Source of the DNA: a bacterium
Lineage (GTDB): Bacteria > DUMJ01
Direction of reading: 5' to 3'
Assembly: GCA_049969715.1 (NCBI GenBank)
Contig: JBMFOH010000001.1
Coordinates: 4,232 to 68,231 of the forward strand
DNA: 64,000 nucleotides
This document shows positions 26,874-36,065 of the stretch, piece by piece (position 1 is the stretch's first letter; each line of letters begins with the position of its first letter). The translations under genes and the position numbers were made by a program. The notes under the pieces were generated by a model, which was given only the letters and a program-made list of their open reading frames with translations, searched no databases and was not told the origin of the DNA.

Positions 26874-28100
26874 TTAGTGGAATAGAGAGGACCCTATAGT
26901 CATCATTACTCCAGATAATAATGGGACACTTACATTATCATCTATTGGAAATGGTAAAGATTCAACTAGGGTAGCGGCAAGTGCCCCTATGAGTCCTGTG
27001 GTTAGGGAGAGAAGGTTAATACACCATAAGAAGTATGCCACTGACACTGACATTGTCATAAATCCTACTGTCCCTTCAAGGGTTTTGTTATGTGTATTAT
27101 ACTGCCAGAGGTGCCTTTTTCCGTAATTTACCCCAATAATCTTTGCCATCATATCGCCAAATGCCAGAAAACCGATACTTGCAAAGGCTATAACAAATTT
27201 AAATAGTAAAAATGCCAAGAAGATTCCAAGAAGGAACGTAGTAATGGATGATATCCGCTTCCTTTCCTTCTCTTTGTAGATTTTAAAGCCCTTTAGATGT
27301 TCCTTCTCTAAAATTCTTTCTGCTTTTTTCCAGGAGATTCTAAATATATCTGCTAAGAGTGAGATAGCTAACACAGAGCCAGCCAGTTTTAAAAGGTTAA
27401 CCTTGTTGGTAAAGAGCCCTATGATTGGGAAAGACATACTGGCAGGACGGATCATTACCCTCCAAAGTCTTATATTTTCGTCTCTCACTTTAAATAACTT
27501 CATCTCCTGCATATTTATGGCACTTCTAGCAAAGATAAATCCTATTAATAGAACTACGAAGGCTAACATCGGAGAAAATGGTATTTGAATCAAAAGGATG
27601 GCTATTAATATCGGTAGGAAGGTAACGGCTAGAAAGTTTTCATCAAAGGTGGCAAGGTATATAGCCAAGACAACAAATGCTAAATACAGAAGGTCTAGTA
27701 AGATCAATCTAGAGGGAAGAAAGGAGATTGTAACTTTTCCTAAAGAATATATAAGCATTCCAGTAGCTACTGCAACTCCTTTCCCTCCTCTAAATCCAAT
27801 ATAGAATGGATAGATATGCCCTAAAATAGCAGAGACTCCACCTAAATATGCAATACCTTCAGATGTATGTAAGATGCGTAATGCTATAAATATAGCCAAT
27901 AATCCTTTTAGAATATCATAAAATCCTGTGACTATAGCTGGAAATAATCCCACATTTCGTTTGACATTTGTTGTTCCAGCATACCTAGCTCCTATCTCCC
28001 TTATATCTACTCCTTTTATCCACTTGGTGAGAAAGTACGCAGGAGAAACTGAGCCAAGAAGGTATCCTATTAAGATAGAGGTTAAAGAGTTCAAAGCCAT
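26874..28100 (-). CDS. Fusion: PlsY-like acyltransferase domain (N) + CTP-transferase-1 / dolichol-phytol-kinase-like domain (C)
   Basis: 408 aa. N-terminal part has IGYLLGSVSPAY and HIYPFYIGFRGGKGVAVATG (PlsY motifs 1 and 3). C-terminal part has GDMMAKIIGVNYGKRHL...NKTLEGTVGF and PIDDNVSVPL, as in the CdsA/dolichol kinase superfamily. Confidence 0.7.
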   Translation of the reverse strand: MALNSLTSILIGYLLGSVSPAYFLTKWIKGVDIREIGARYAGTTNVKRNVGLFPAIVTGFYDILKGLLAIFIALRILHTSEGIAYLGGVSAILGHIYPFYIGFRGGKGVAVATGMLIYSLGKVTISFLPSRLILLDLLYLAFVVLAIYLATFDENFLAVTFLPILIAILLIQIPFSPMLAFVVLLIGFIFARSAINMQEMKLFKVRDENIRLWRVMIRPASMSFPIIGLFTNKVNLLKLAGSVLAISLLADIFRISWKKAERILEKEHLKGFKIYKEKERKRISSITTFLLGIFLAFLLFKFVIAFASIGFLAFGDMMAKIIGVNYGKRHLWQYNTHNKTLEGTVGFMTMSVSVAYFLWCINLLSLTTGLIGALAATLVESLPFPIDDNVSVPLLSGVMMTIGSSLFH

Positions 28101-28103
28101 ATA

Positions 28104-28520
28104 TTACTTTTCAAGTGCCTCTTTGGTGATCTTTTCAGCTATACGATGGACATCCTCCATATTGAAGTCGAGTGTAGGCGCTTTTTCTACCCCTTCCTTA
28201 GAGATAGTTATCTCATAGTCGTAAGGTATGTTTAATCTCTCTAATACTTTACTAGCACAACGATTGGCACAACCATTAATGACGATAAGCTTCCTAGCCC
28301 TTCGAGCAATATCTACATGTGCCTTTGATTCGGCAGCTACTGCTGTAATACAGCACATCCTTGCTTCTTCTTTGGAGTTTGTTAACTCTACTGCTACTTG
28401 ATGTCCAATCTGTCCAACACTAGCTGCCCCATCACAGGCCAAGATGATATCTAGGTGCTCCGCCTCCTTTGCACAAAGTGGTAATAACCTTACTGGTGAC
28501 TCCTGTTTTACTTCTTCCAT
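28104..28520 (-). CDS. DGC-domain (putative metal-binding) protein
   Basis: 138 aa. ILACDGAASVGQ (DGC motif) plus cysteines MCCITAV and INGCANRCAS. Separated from the PlsY-fusion gene by 3 nt. Confidence 0.6.
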   Translation of the reverse strand: MEEVKQESPVRLLPLCAKEAEHLDIILACDGAASVGQIGHQVAVELTNSKEEARMCCITAVAAESKAHVDIARRARKLIVINGCANRCASKVLERLNIPYDYEITISKEGVEKAPTLDFNMEDVHRIAEKITKEALEK

Positions 28521-28676
28521 TTTTAAAACCTCCTTCTAAAATTTTGTAATATCCTTTTTGAATAGCTTTCTTCAACTTAATCTTGTCTTTGTGTAAGTAA
28601 AGAAAGTATAAAGTTACTGTCAAGATCAGAAGTACTATCCCTGGATAAGATTCTGCATAATCTTCCCTCCAAGACT

Positions 28677-28702
28677 AAGGGCAGGCTTATAAGCCTGCCC
28701 TT
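28677..28702. other. Perfect 12-bp palindromic stem-loop between the DUF5320-like and DGC genes
   Basis: AAGGGCAGGCTT AT AAGCCTGCCCTT. The T-rich run lies only on the + side, so a terminator role for the minus-strand operon is uncertain. Confidence 0.4.
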
Positions 28703-28710
28703 ATATTGTT

Positions 28711-28953
28711 TTACTTTCCTCCTTCTAACTCTTTGATCCTAGCTTCTATCTGACTTAGTTCTTCTCTTATCCAGTCGGCTTGGTTCTTTAAGAAGCTCAA
28801 CTCCTGCTCTTTTGTTATAGGCTCGTACCCATAGACTGGTGTTCCCCAGGCTCCTGGATACCAGCATCTAGGAAGCCCTCCTCTACCCCTACCAACATAT
28901 GGCCAGGGTGGAGTTGTTCCTCTGAAACCAAATCCTCTTCCATATCCGAACAT
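28711..28953 (-). CDS. DUF5320-like small protein (Gly/Arg/Pro-rich N-terminus + coiled coil)
   Basis: 80 aa. MFGYGRGFGFRGTTPPWPYVGRGRGG followed by LKNQADWIREELSQIEARIKELE. Confidence 0.5.
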   Translation of the reverse strand: MFGYGRGFGFRGTTPPWPYVGRGRGGLPRCWYPGAWGTPVYGYEPITKEQELSFLKNQADWIREELSQIEARIKELEGGK

Positions 28954-28954
28954 T

Positions 28955-29317
28955 CTAATCGCCTCCTTCCACAGTTTTTATAAGTTTCTCCATAATTGCA
29001 AGACTTTCCTTTATGTTTATACTCCAACTCTTTAGGAAACTCTTACCTGCTTCTGTAATTGTATATACCCTTCTAGCTGGTCCTACGTCTCTTATATCCC
29101 AGTTAGAAGTTACTAGTTCTTCCATCTCCATAGCTCTTAATGTTCTATATATGATACTGGGATGAAAGCCTGAAGTATCTATACCGAGCTCTGCTAGTTC
29201 CTCTATAAGAGAGTACCCATAGGTTGGTTTCTTCGTTAAGAGAACTAGTATAGCTGGAATTAGTATGTCTCCTCCAATAAATGGTGTATGAAAACATCCT
29301 TTAAATCTTCTCCTCAT
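28955..29317 (-). CDS. PadR-family transcriptional regulator
   Basis: 120 aa. Winged-helix PAILVLLTKKPTYGYSLIEELAE...IYRTLRAMEMEELV. Confidence 0.85.
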   Translation of the reverse strand: MRRRFKGCFHTPFIGGDILIPAILVLLTKKPTYGYSLIEELAELGIDTSGFHPSIIYRTLRAMEMEELVTSNWDIRDVGPARRVYTITEAGKSFLKSWSINIKESLAIMEKLIKTVEGGD

Positions 29318-29324
29318 CTAGATA

Positions 29325-29705
29325 TCATTCCTTATGCCCTGCATGATGGCAGCCTTCGGTAAGTTCTTTGAGCCTATCCTCTTTATATGCGGATATTATG
29401 TCTTTTACTAATTCACTATTAGCTCTAAATACTGCTATTCCTGCCTCTTGGAATCCTGTTAATGCCCTTGGACCCATATCATATACGATGACTACAGTTG
29501 GATGTAAGGCTAGCATCTGGTCTTTGGCTGTCCCTCTGCCGCTGAAGTGCTCACTAACATTATTTATAGTTTCTGTGTTTATTATATTGCCTTCTTCATC
29601 TAACTCTATTACTGTGAAATATGGGGACCTACCGAAGTGCTCTGATATCCTGGCTGACAGTCCTCCGTTATCTATTGTAGGGATAATTATTCTTTCTTTC
29701 ATCAT
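29325..29705 (-). CDS. NifB/NifX-family (dinitrogenase Fe-Mo cofactor biosynthesis domain) protein
   Basis: 126 aa. Typical small NifX-like pattern: HFGRSPYFTVIELD ... VVIVYDMGPRALTGFQEAGIAVF. Confidence 0.7.
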   Translation of the reverse strand: MMKERIIIPTIDNGGLSARISEHFGRSPYFTVIELDEEGNIINTETINNVSEHFSGRGTAKDQMLALHPTVVIVYDMGPRALTGFQEAGIAVFRANSELVKDIISAYKEDRLKELTEGCHHAGHKE

Positions 29706-29839
29706 TGCCTCCTTTTATTTAATTTTTATATAGAGTATTATATCATATATATGCAATTTGTCAATATGTTTTTTAAGAGGTTAATATAGTGTATAATATA
29801 CTACTAAATAAAATTAATAAGGAAGGCATTAGATTAGAG

Positions 29840-30496
29840 ATGGGAATTATAGCTTTATTTGCTACTAGTTTCTTGGTAGGATTCTCTGGGGCATCTGCTC
29901 CAGGACCACTAATGGCATTGGTGTTAGCTCAGAGTAGCATAGGAGGGTGGAAAAAGTCATTAGAGATCGTTTCTGGCCATGCAATTCTGGAAGGGATTCT
30001 GATAATCTTACTCCTTTTAGGGCTTCAATCCTTACTTAAAACCCCAGTATTTCTTCGGTCCTTTAGTTTCTTGGGAAGTTTATTTTTGATATATATGGGG
30101 GTAAGACTATTCTTAGATATCTTTAACCACAGAGTTCCTTCTTTAAAGGACCCTAATGACTCTCCACAGATTAAGGCATATTCTTTTAATCCTTCCCTTA
30201 TTTTGGTAGGAGCCCTGACTTCTATAGCTAATCCATATTGGCTTCTTTGGTGGCTTACTATAGGGGTTTCCTTTATAGCTCAAGCTAAGAAGTATCTGGT
30301 ATTTGGTATTTTGACATTCTACATAGGGCATATCCTATCGGATTATGTATGGTATCTTTTTATAGGAATTATAGGTGGAGGATTATCTCTTCCTTTTTGG
30401 AGGAGAGTATATGGTTATATTCTTACCATAGCCTCTTTTTTTCTTGTAGGTTTTGGAATATACTTTTTACATTATGCCCTGTTAGGAGGACGATGA
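29840..30496 (+). CDS. LysE/RhtB-family amino-acid exporter
   Basis: About 6 TM. N-terminal FLVGFSGASAPGPLMALV resembles the LysE signature. An extended -10 TGTATAAT at 29790-29797 lies inside the track ORF start, so the ATG at 29840 is preferred. Confidence 0.7.
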   Translation: MGIIALFATSFLVGFSGASAPGPLMALVLAQSSIGGWKKSLEIVSGHAILEGILIILLLLGLQSLLKTPVFLRSFSFLGSLFLIYMGVRLFLDIFNHRVPSLKDPNDSPQIKAYSFNPSLILVGALTSIANPYWLLWWLTIGVSFIAQAKKYLVFGILTFYIGHILSDYVWYLFIGIIGGGLSLPFWRRVYGYILTIASFFLVGFGIYFLHYALLGGR

Positions 30497-31155
30497 TGGA
30501 TAGTTCTAGCCCATTTGATTTATTGGCAGAAGAATATGATGCTTGGTTTGAAAGAGAAGGAAAGCTTATCTTTGAATCTGAAGTTATAGCCTTCAAAGAG
30601 ATTCTTCCTCTACTTCCTAAGCCTTGGCTTGAGATAGGTGTAGGTAGTGGACGTTTTGCCCAAGCCCTTGGTATTGAGATAGGTATAGACCCTTCTCTGA
30701 GCCTTTTAGAGATAGCAAAGAAACGAGGGATAGAGGTATACCATAGTAGGGGAGAGGAACAATTTTTTGAAAGAGAGTCCTTTGGTTCGGTATTTCTGAT
30801 TGTAACTATCTGCTTTGTTGATTCTCCCCTGTTAGTGTTGAAAGAGGCTTATCGTATCTTAAAACCAGAAGGGAAGGTAGTCTTGGGATTAGTATTGAGG
30901 GATAGTCCCTGGGGTGAATTTTATTTCGCTAAAAAGCGAGAGGGACACCGTTTTTATAGATATGCAAACTTCTACTCTTTTAAAGAGGTGGAGATGTTTC
31001 TTTTGAATTCTGGATTTAAATTAGAGAAGGTTGTTTCCACACTCTTTCAAAAGCCAAATGAAGTGAAGGAATTGGAGATGCCTAGAGATGGTTTTTTTAG
31101 CGCTGCTGGTTTTACAGTAGTATTAGGGAGTAAGGTTCCCTCATGGCATCTTTAG
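30493..31155 (+). CDS. Class I SAM-dependent methyltransferase
   Basis: Motif I LEIGVGSGRFAQAL, post-I/II LKPEGKVVLG. ATG at 30493 overlaps the LysE stop (ATGATG/TGA). The upstream 48 codons of the track ORF are out-of-frame overlap with LysE. Confidence 0.75.
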   Translation: MMDSSSPFDLLAEEYDAWFEREGKLIFESEVIAFKEILPLLPKPWLEIGVGSGRFAQALGIEIGIDPSLSLLEIAKKRGIEVYHSRGEEQFFERESFGSVFLIVTICFVDSPLLVLKEAYRILKPEGKVVLGLVLRDSPWGEFYFAKKREGHRFYRYANFYSFKEVEMFLLNSGFKLEKVVSTLFQKPNEVKELEMPRDGFFSAAGFTVVLGSKVPSWHL

Positions 31156-31694
31156 TAGTAATTATTGTATGCTTAATAGTTGCAATCTCTATTAACAAAG
31201 GGATTAGAGGTATTGAGAAGAAGCCATTTCGAGGTTTTTCTCTTGTTCTCATAGCTATGACTTTGCAGGTAGTTATTTTTAATGAAAGATTCTTCTATTC
31301 CCCTTATCGATACCTTACTCCTTATATATATGTGTCTTCTCTCTTTATGCTGCTTACTGTGATACTTTTAAATCTTCAATACAGGGGATTGAGGATTGTC
31401 CTTATTGGTTTTCTTTCTAACCTTGTTGTGATAGTTGCTAATAGGGGATATATGCCGCAAGATATCAGTAAGCTTGAAGCAATGGGGAAGTTAGAGAATG
31501 TAGAGATCCTCAATAGGTTTGGGACATACTACAATGGTATTGTAATGTCTTCAAAAACACATCTTAACTTTCTTGGTGATATAATAGCCCCTACCTTTTT
31601 GAGGTCCTATGGAACTGTGCAAAGTGTTGGTGATATCATCCTAATTATAGGATTGTGCTACTTTGTCTTTGAGCTTTTCCGAAAAGAAGCCTAA
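31143..31694 (+). CDS. Small polytopic membrane protein (DUF5317-like)
   Basis: 183 aa, about 5 TM. VIVANRGYMPQ resembles the conserved NGGxMP segment I recall for DUF5317. Confidence 0.4.
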   Translation: MASLVVIIVCLIVAISINKGIRGIEKKPFRGFSLVLIAMTLQVVIFNERFFYSPYRYLTPYIYVSSLFMLLTVILLNLQYRGLRIVLIGFLSNLVVIVANRGYMPQDISKLEAMGKLENVEILNRFGTYYNGIVMSSKTHLNFLGDIIAPTFLRSYGTVQSVGDIILIIGLCYFVFELFRKEA

Positions 31695-31718
31695 GGTCTC
31701 TAGCCCTTTCTAGAACCT

Positions 31719-32600
31719 TTAATCTTCTCTTACCTTACTCATAATATTTTTTATAACCTTCTTTAATTCTAGTGTTTTTTTGTAGACCTGATTCTTTGGC
31801 AAGTTAAATCTCTTAGATACTATTTCAATGGCCTCTTTTAAAAAGACTTCTTCTTTAATTATAGTATCTATTATTAGAGCTTCTATACTTATCTCTAGTT
31901 TGGCCCCCTTAGATGTCTTCTCTTCATTATGTATTACTACTGTATATTCTCCACTCTCGGCATTTGGATCATTCTTTAGTTCTTCTAAGATATCTTGTAT
32001 CTTTCCTATGTATGACCTCTCAAAGACCTTTGTAAGTTCACAGAAAAAGGATGCAGTAGCATTGGGTAGTTCTCTAGCGATAAGTGTAGCTAGGGATACT
32101 ATCCTCTTAGGAGATTCATATAGGACCACGGTTTCTATGCCCTTTTTCTTTATATCTTTTATGACCTTTTCTCTTTCAGATTCTCTCTTGGGTAAAAAAC
32201 CTAGAAATAGAAAATGGTTTATAGGGACTCCTGATACAGAGAGGGCTGTCATAACTGCAGATGGTCCAGGTATTGGTATTACTTCTATTCCTTTTTCTCT
32301 TGCATCCTTCACTATTCTATATCCAGGGTCTGATATGCATGGGGTTCCTGCATTAGACACGATGGCTATATCCATATCCTTTTCTAGGATATAACTTATA
32401 AGCAATCTAGACCTTTCTTCTTCGTTATACTTGTGATAAGAGATTAGTTTGGTCTCTATGTTGTAATGTTTTAATAAAATAGATGTTCGTCTCGTGTCCT
32501 CGGCAGCGATTAGATCACAACTATTAAGAACCTCTATAGCTCTATAGGTGATGTCTTTTAGATTTCCTATAGGAGTGGCAACTACATACAACTTACCCAT
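31719..32600 (-). CDS. rsmI: 16S rRNA (cytidine1402-2'-O)-methyltransferase RsmI
   Basis: LYVVATPIGNLKDITYRAIEVL, AEDTRRT, tetrapyrrole-methylase fold. 293 aa with a short C-terminal extension. Confidence 0.85.
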   Translation of the reverse strand: MGKLYVVATPIGNLKDITYRAIEVLNSCDLIAAEDTRRTSILLKHYNIETKLISYHKYNEEERSRLLISYILEKDMDIAIVSNAGTPCISDPGYRIVKDAREKGIEVIPIPGPSAVMTALSVSGVPINHFLFLGFLPKRESEREKVIKDIKKKGIETVVLYESPKRIVSLATLIARELPNATASFFCELTKVFERSYIGKIQDILEELKNDPNAESGEYTVVIHNEEKTSKGAKLEISIEALIIDTIIKEEVFLKEAIEIVSKRFNLPKNQVYKKTLELKKVIKNIMSKVRED

Positions 32601-32954
32601 TATTCTCCTTTCTTATCAATATATAGAACATACATCTGCATATCCTTCAATCCTTTCAAAGGGTACATCCTTTACATTAGCTAACTACGGGTATCCTACC
32701 ACAGCTTCTTTGTTTATTTGATAAGGGTCATCAGGTCCATATAGACATATTGGGCTTGGATACAAAGTCCTATCTTTTCCTTTGAGGTAAGGTATTCATT
32801 ACTATCCCATTGAACTTATTATAGCATACAGAGGAGCCTAAACGTATCCCTCAAGTAAAAATAGAGGAGTTTCATATAAATATTGAAACCTTTATATTAC
32901 ATATGATATACTTCTCTATAGATAAAATTTTAAAAGTAGATGGAGGTTTTATAG

Positions 32955-33242
32955 GTGCCAAATACAAAGTCAGCAGAGAAGCAGCTTAGGGCTTCTAGAA
33001 GAAGAGAATTGATGAATAAGGCTGTACAGTCGAGAATAAAAACAGAGGTAAAGAAGTTTTTGGGGTATGTAAGTGCTAGAGACATTACTGCTGCTAAAAA
33101 TCAAATAATGGCTGTTTCTAGCATACTAGATAAGGCTGCCAAGAAAAATATAATTCATAAGAATACAGCAAGTAGGAAGAAATCAAGACTGATGAGGCGA
33201 CTTCATCTATTAGAAGTTAGTCTACAACAGGCTCAAGCCTAA
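32955..33242 (+). CDS. rpsT: 30S ribosomal protein S20
   Basis: PNTKSAEKQLRASRRRELMNKAVQSRIKT. 95 aa, GTG start after GGAGG. Confidence 0.9.
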   Translation: MPNTKSAEKQLRASRRRELMNKAVQSRIKTEVKKFLGYVSARDITAAKNQIMAVSSILDKAAKKNIIHKNTASRKKSRLMRRLHLLEVSLQQAQA

Positions 33243-34166
33243 ACCTATTATAAAATCTTCTATGCCGCTTTTAGGGTCTACCTCCCCTCTTTTTATCCTT
33301 CTCTCTATTGAGAGAAGGAGTTTTATTTTTTTGATGAGTTCTTCTAGTCTGTAATCTTTACTTATATTTATGATGAATCTTGCATACCCACTGGATATAT
33401 TAAACATACTGATCAGGTCTTTCTCTCTAGCGTTAATTACCTTTGTGGAAAGTATAAGCTTGTATCTTCTCCTTAAAGCAGAAAGTAACTGCATAATTTC
33501 TATATCTGAATAGTGTTCATCTTTTAAAGAAGAAAGAACATCTTGATACCTTTTCTTCTCAATCATATCTATGATCTGAAAACCGAAAAGATTTGGGATA
33601 CCCTTTATGACCTCTTTTATATCCTCTTCCTCTATCTCTCTCTTGGACCCTACCATAAGGAGTAATGTGTTCCATACTGATAGTAGGAGTGATGGAGACT
33701 GAAGAATACCTAGAGAAAGTGTATGTAGCCCTTCTTCATAGATCTCCTTCTCATAGAAAGATGCTAACCCTTTTAAGATATCCTTTATATATCTTTCCAT
33801 CTCCCAGGAACTAGGAGAGGCTAGATTGACTATCCTACCCTTTATCCCTTTTATAGGGGTATTAGTATTTACAATGATATAGATATCGTCAGGGATTGAT
33901 TTTAATCTGGGTAGGCTTTCAATATTTGCTATTATAACCCTGATATATGGGAAAAGGACATATTTAGCGTTTCTTATCTCTTTTTCTAATTCCTCCGGAG
34001 AACCAACATGTATTAGCATTGTTTCTTTCCTGGTTTTTATGGCATTAAGAATTCTAGAGATGACATCTTCTCTTAAAAAATCCATATCTCCAAAGAGGAT
34101 ATAGAGATGGGAAAGATTTCCCTCTCTTATCTCATTTATTACTTCTATGTAATCTGGTATAGGCAA
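33222..34166 (-). CDS. holA: DNA polymerase III delta subunit
   Basis: 314 aa. N-terminal pattern LYILFGDMDFL, and the comEC-holA / rpsT neighbourhood typical of Firmicutes-like gene order. Confidence 0.65.
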   Translation of the reverse strand: MPIPDYIEVINEIREGNLSHLYILFGDMDFLREDVISRILNAIKTRKETMLIHVGSPEELEKEIRNAKYVLFPYIRVIIANIESLPRLKSIPDDIYIIVNTNTPIKGIKGRIVNLASPSSWEMERYIKDILKGLASFYEKEIYEEGLHTLSLGILQSPSLLLSVWNTLLLMVGSKREIEEEDIKEVIKGIPNLFGFQIIDMIEKKRYQDVLSSLKDEHYSDIEIMQLLSALRRRYKLILSTKVINAREKDLISMFNISSGYARFIINISKDYRLEELIKKIKLLLSIERRIKRGEVDPKSGIEDFIIGLGLSLL

Positions 34167-35508
34167 TATATAATAATCCTCCTAATATGATGTAAATCGC
34201 TATTAACTCTAAGATATTTGGCGAATAATCTATTCCGTAAGTTTTAAAGTTCCCCCATTCTATGATAGCTAGTAGTATATAGAGTACAGGCTTTATTATA
34301 AAGCTTAATACAAGAGTAATAAAGGGGAATGTGAAGGTAGAGAGGACCACAATAAATCCTAGTATGGTGATTAGAGATATTATAGGGGCAACTAGGATGT
34401 TAATGAGGAAACTTATAAGGGGGATGTTGCCATTTCTGTAGAGAAGTAGAGGAGAAAGTATTGTCTGTACAGTAATGGTAGGTAGGGCAAAGTCTAGATA
34501 TCTTATCTTGATATATGGAGATATCCCTATAAGGGCAAACGTAGCAAGAAAACTTAACTGAAAGCTTGTTCCAAAGAGACTGATCGGGTCAAAGAGCAAT
34601 ATTAGTATCCCTGAAAAGGCAAGGCTAGATAGGGGGTCATAGTCTTCCTTGATAATGCGGGCTAGTATGCTTATACTCATCATAATAGTTGCCCTTAGGA
34701 TACTAACTCCAAATCCAGCTATAAATGAATACATCAAGATGATCGGGAATACAGTTAATGTCCATGTCTTGGAGAGAAAGGGAAGTAATATAGAGGTGAT
34801 TATGGAGACTTGAGCTCCTGATGCTACTAGGGTGTGTATAAGGCCAGTAACCTTAAATTTCCTATAGATGTCATAGGAAACATCTTTATCTATCCCAAGG
34901 ACCATAGCAGAGAGGACCTCTCCTTCCTCCTTACTGAAATATCCCTTTAAGTGTTCTTGGATCCTTTCTCTTAAGTTACTTAACCATCTCTTCAGAGAAA
35001 CCCTAGATTTTTCCATAACTTCTATAGATTCTGGGTATACTACCCCTATAATCCTCTTTTGAATCTGCCTGCCATTTAAATCTATGTTCTTATTTGTGTA
35101 GATTTTGCCATTTATAAGGACTATTTCATCATACTCTAGTTCCTCATTGTCTCTATTCATTACCTCTATTACCCCTCTAGATGAGGAACTATTTATAGAG
35201 AACATATCTATAAGGATGCTTTTACTCAATATCTCTTTTACTCTTCCCTTTACCTCTACATAAGAGGACTCGAATGACTTGATCTTATCTGTTGATCGTA
35301 TATAATCTTCCCAATTTTTTGATGTCCAGTAGCTAGAGAGTAGGATTATTAAGAGGAAAAAACTGACCTTCTCATTTATAAAGAGAAGGATTAATATTCC
35401 TATAATGATGGGTAAGATAAGAGAACTGGTAAACCTAAAAAGTGCTATTCCGATAATAATACTTAAGACAATGACTACTGCTGGACGATTCCACAGTTCA
35501 TTCCACAA
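34132..35508 (-). CDS. comEC: ComEC/Rec2 DNA internalisation channel (no metallo-beta-lactamase domain)
   Basis: 458 aa. N-terminal OB/DUF4131-like region then a polytopic competence domain (GLIHTLVASGAQVSI, SFQLSFLATFALI). Confidence 0.75.
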   Translation of the reverse strand: MWNELWNRPAVVIVLSIIIGIALFRFTSSLILPIIIGILILLFINEKVSFFLLIILLSSYWTSKNWEDYIRSTDKIKSFESSYVEVKGRVKEILSKSILIDMFSINSSSSRGVIEVMNRDNEELEYDEIVLINGKIYTNKNIDLNGRQIQKRIIGVVYPESIEVMEKSRVSLKRWLSNLRERIQEHLKGYFSKEEGEVLSAMVLGIDKDVSYDIYRKFKVTGLIHTLVASGAQVSIITSILLPFLSKTWTLTVFPIILMYSFIAGFGVSILRATIMMSISILARIIKEDYDPLSSLAFSGILILLFDPISLFGTSFQLSFLATFALIGISPYIKIRYLDFALPTITVQTILSPLLLYRNGNIPLISFLINILVAPIISLITILGFIVVLSTFTFPFITLVLSFIIKPVLYILLAIIEWGNFKTYGIDYSPNILELIAIYIILGGLLYIAYTRLHRSNK

Positions 35509-36064
35509 CGATCAGATCCCTTATACCATCTAATTTCTTCTTCCCTATTCCTGAGACCTTTAATAGATCCTCTATTGATTTAAATGGTCCATTAGACTCT
35601 CTGTATGAGACTATACGTTGAGCAAGAACCTCCCCTATACCAGGAAGTCCATCTAATTCCTTGCTAGAAGCAGTATTAATATTAATCTTACCTGATGAAC
35701 TAGAGCTATTATTAGTTGAACTATCTAGACCTTCGCTAATTGACTGCTTACTTTTAGATGGCACTAAAATCTTCATACCATCAGTTATGTGACTAGCAAG
35801 ATTTATACTGTCTAGGTCAGCATCAGATGTTGGCCCGCCAGCCTTCTCTACTGCATCAGCCACTCTGTCGGTAGAGTCTAGATAGTAAAGACCAGGGGAC
35901 CTTACTGCTCCACCTATATGAACAGCTACCTTTGTAGCCTCCTGGTTTTCTTCTATCCTAATAGGAAGGTTTTCCTTTTGGCTCTGAGGTCTGCTAGACA
36001 TAAATAGATATCCTCCTATTAGGATCACTATTATTCCTATGAGAAACTTCTCTCTATTAGTCAT
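35498..36064 (-). CDS. comEA: ComEA DNA receptor (SLBB + helix-hairpin-helix)
   Basis: VAVHIGGAVRSPGLYYL (SLBB). ININTASSKELDGLPGIGEVLAQRIVSYRESNGPFKSIEDLLKVSGIG (HhH pair). Confidence 0.85.
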   Translation of the reverse strand: MTNREKFLIGIIVILIGGYLFMSSRPQSQKENLPIRIEENQEATKVAVHIGGAVRSPGLYYLDSTDRVADAVEKAGGPTSDADLDSINLASHITDGMKILVPSKSKQSISEGLDSSTNNSSSSSGKININTASSKELDGLPGIGEVLAQRIVSYRESNGPFKSIEDLLKVSGIGKKKLDGIRDLIVVE

Positions 36065-36065
36065 A

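Noticed and set aside
28432-29027. ORFs 28432-28623(-) and 28815-29027(-).
   Set aside because: The first overlaps the DGC gene start in another frame and runs into non-coding AT-rich sequence. The second overlaps both the DUF5320-like and PadR genes out of frame. Neither has a recognisable domain.
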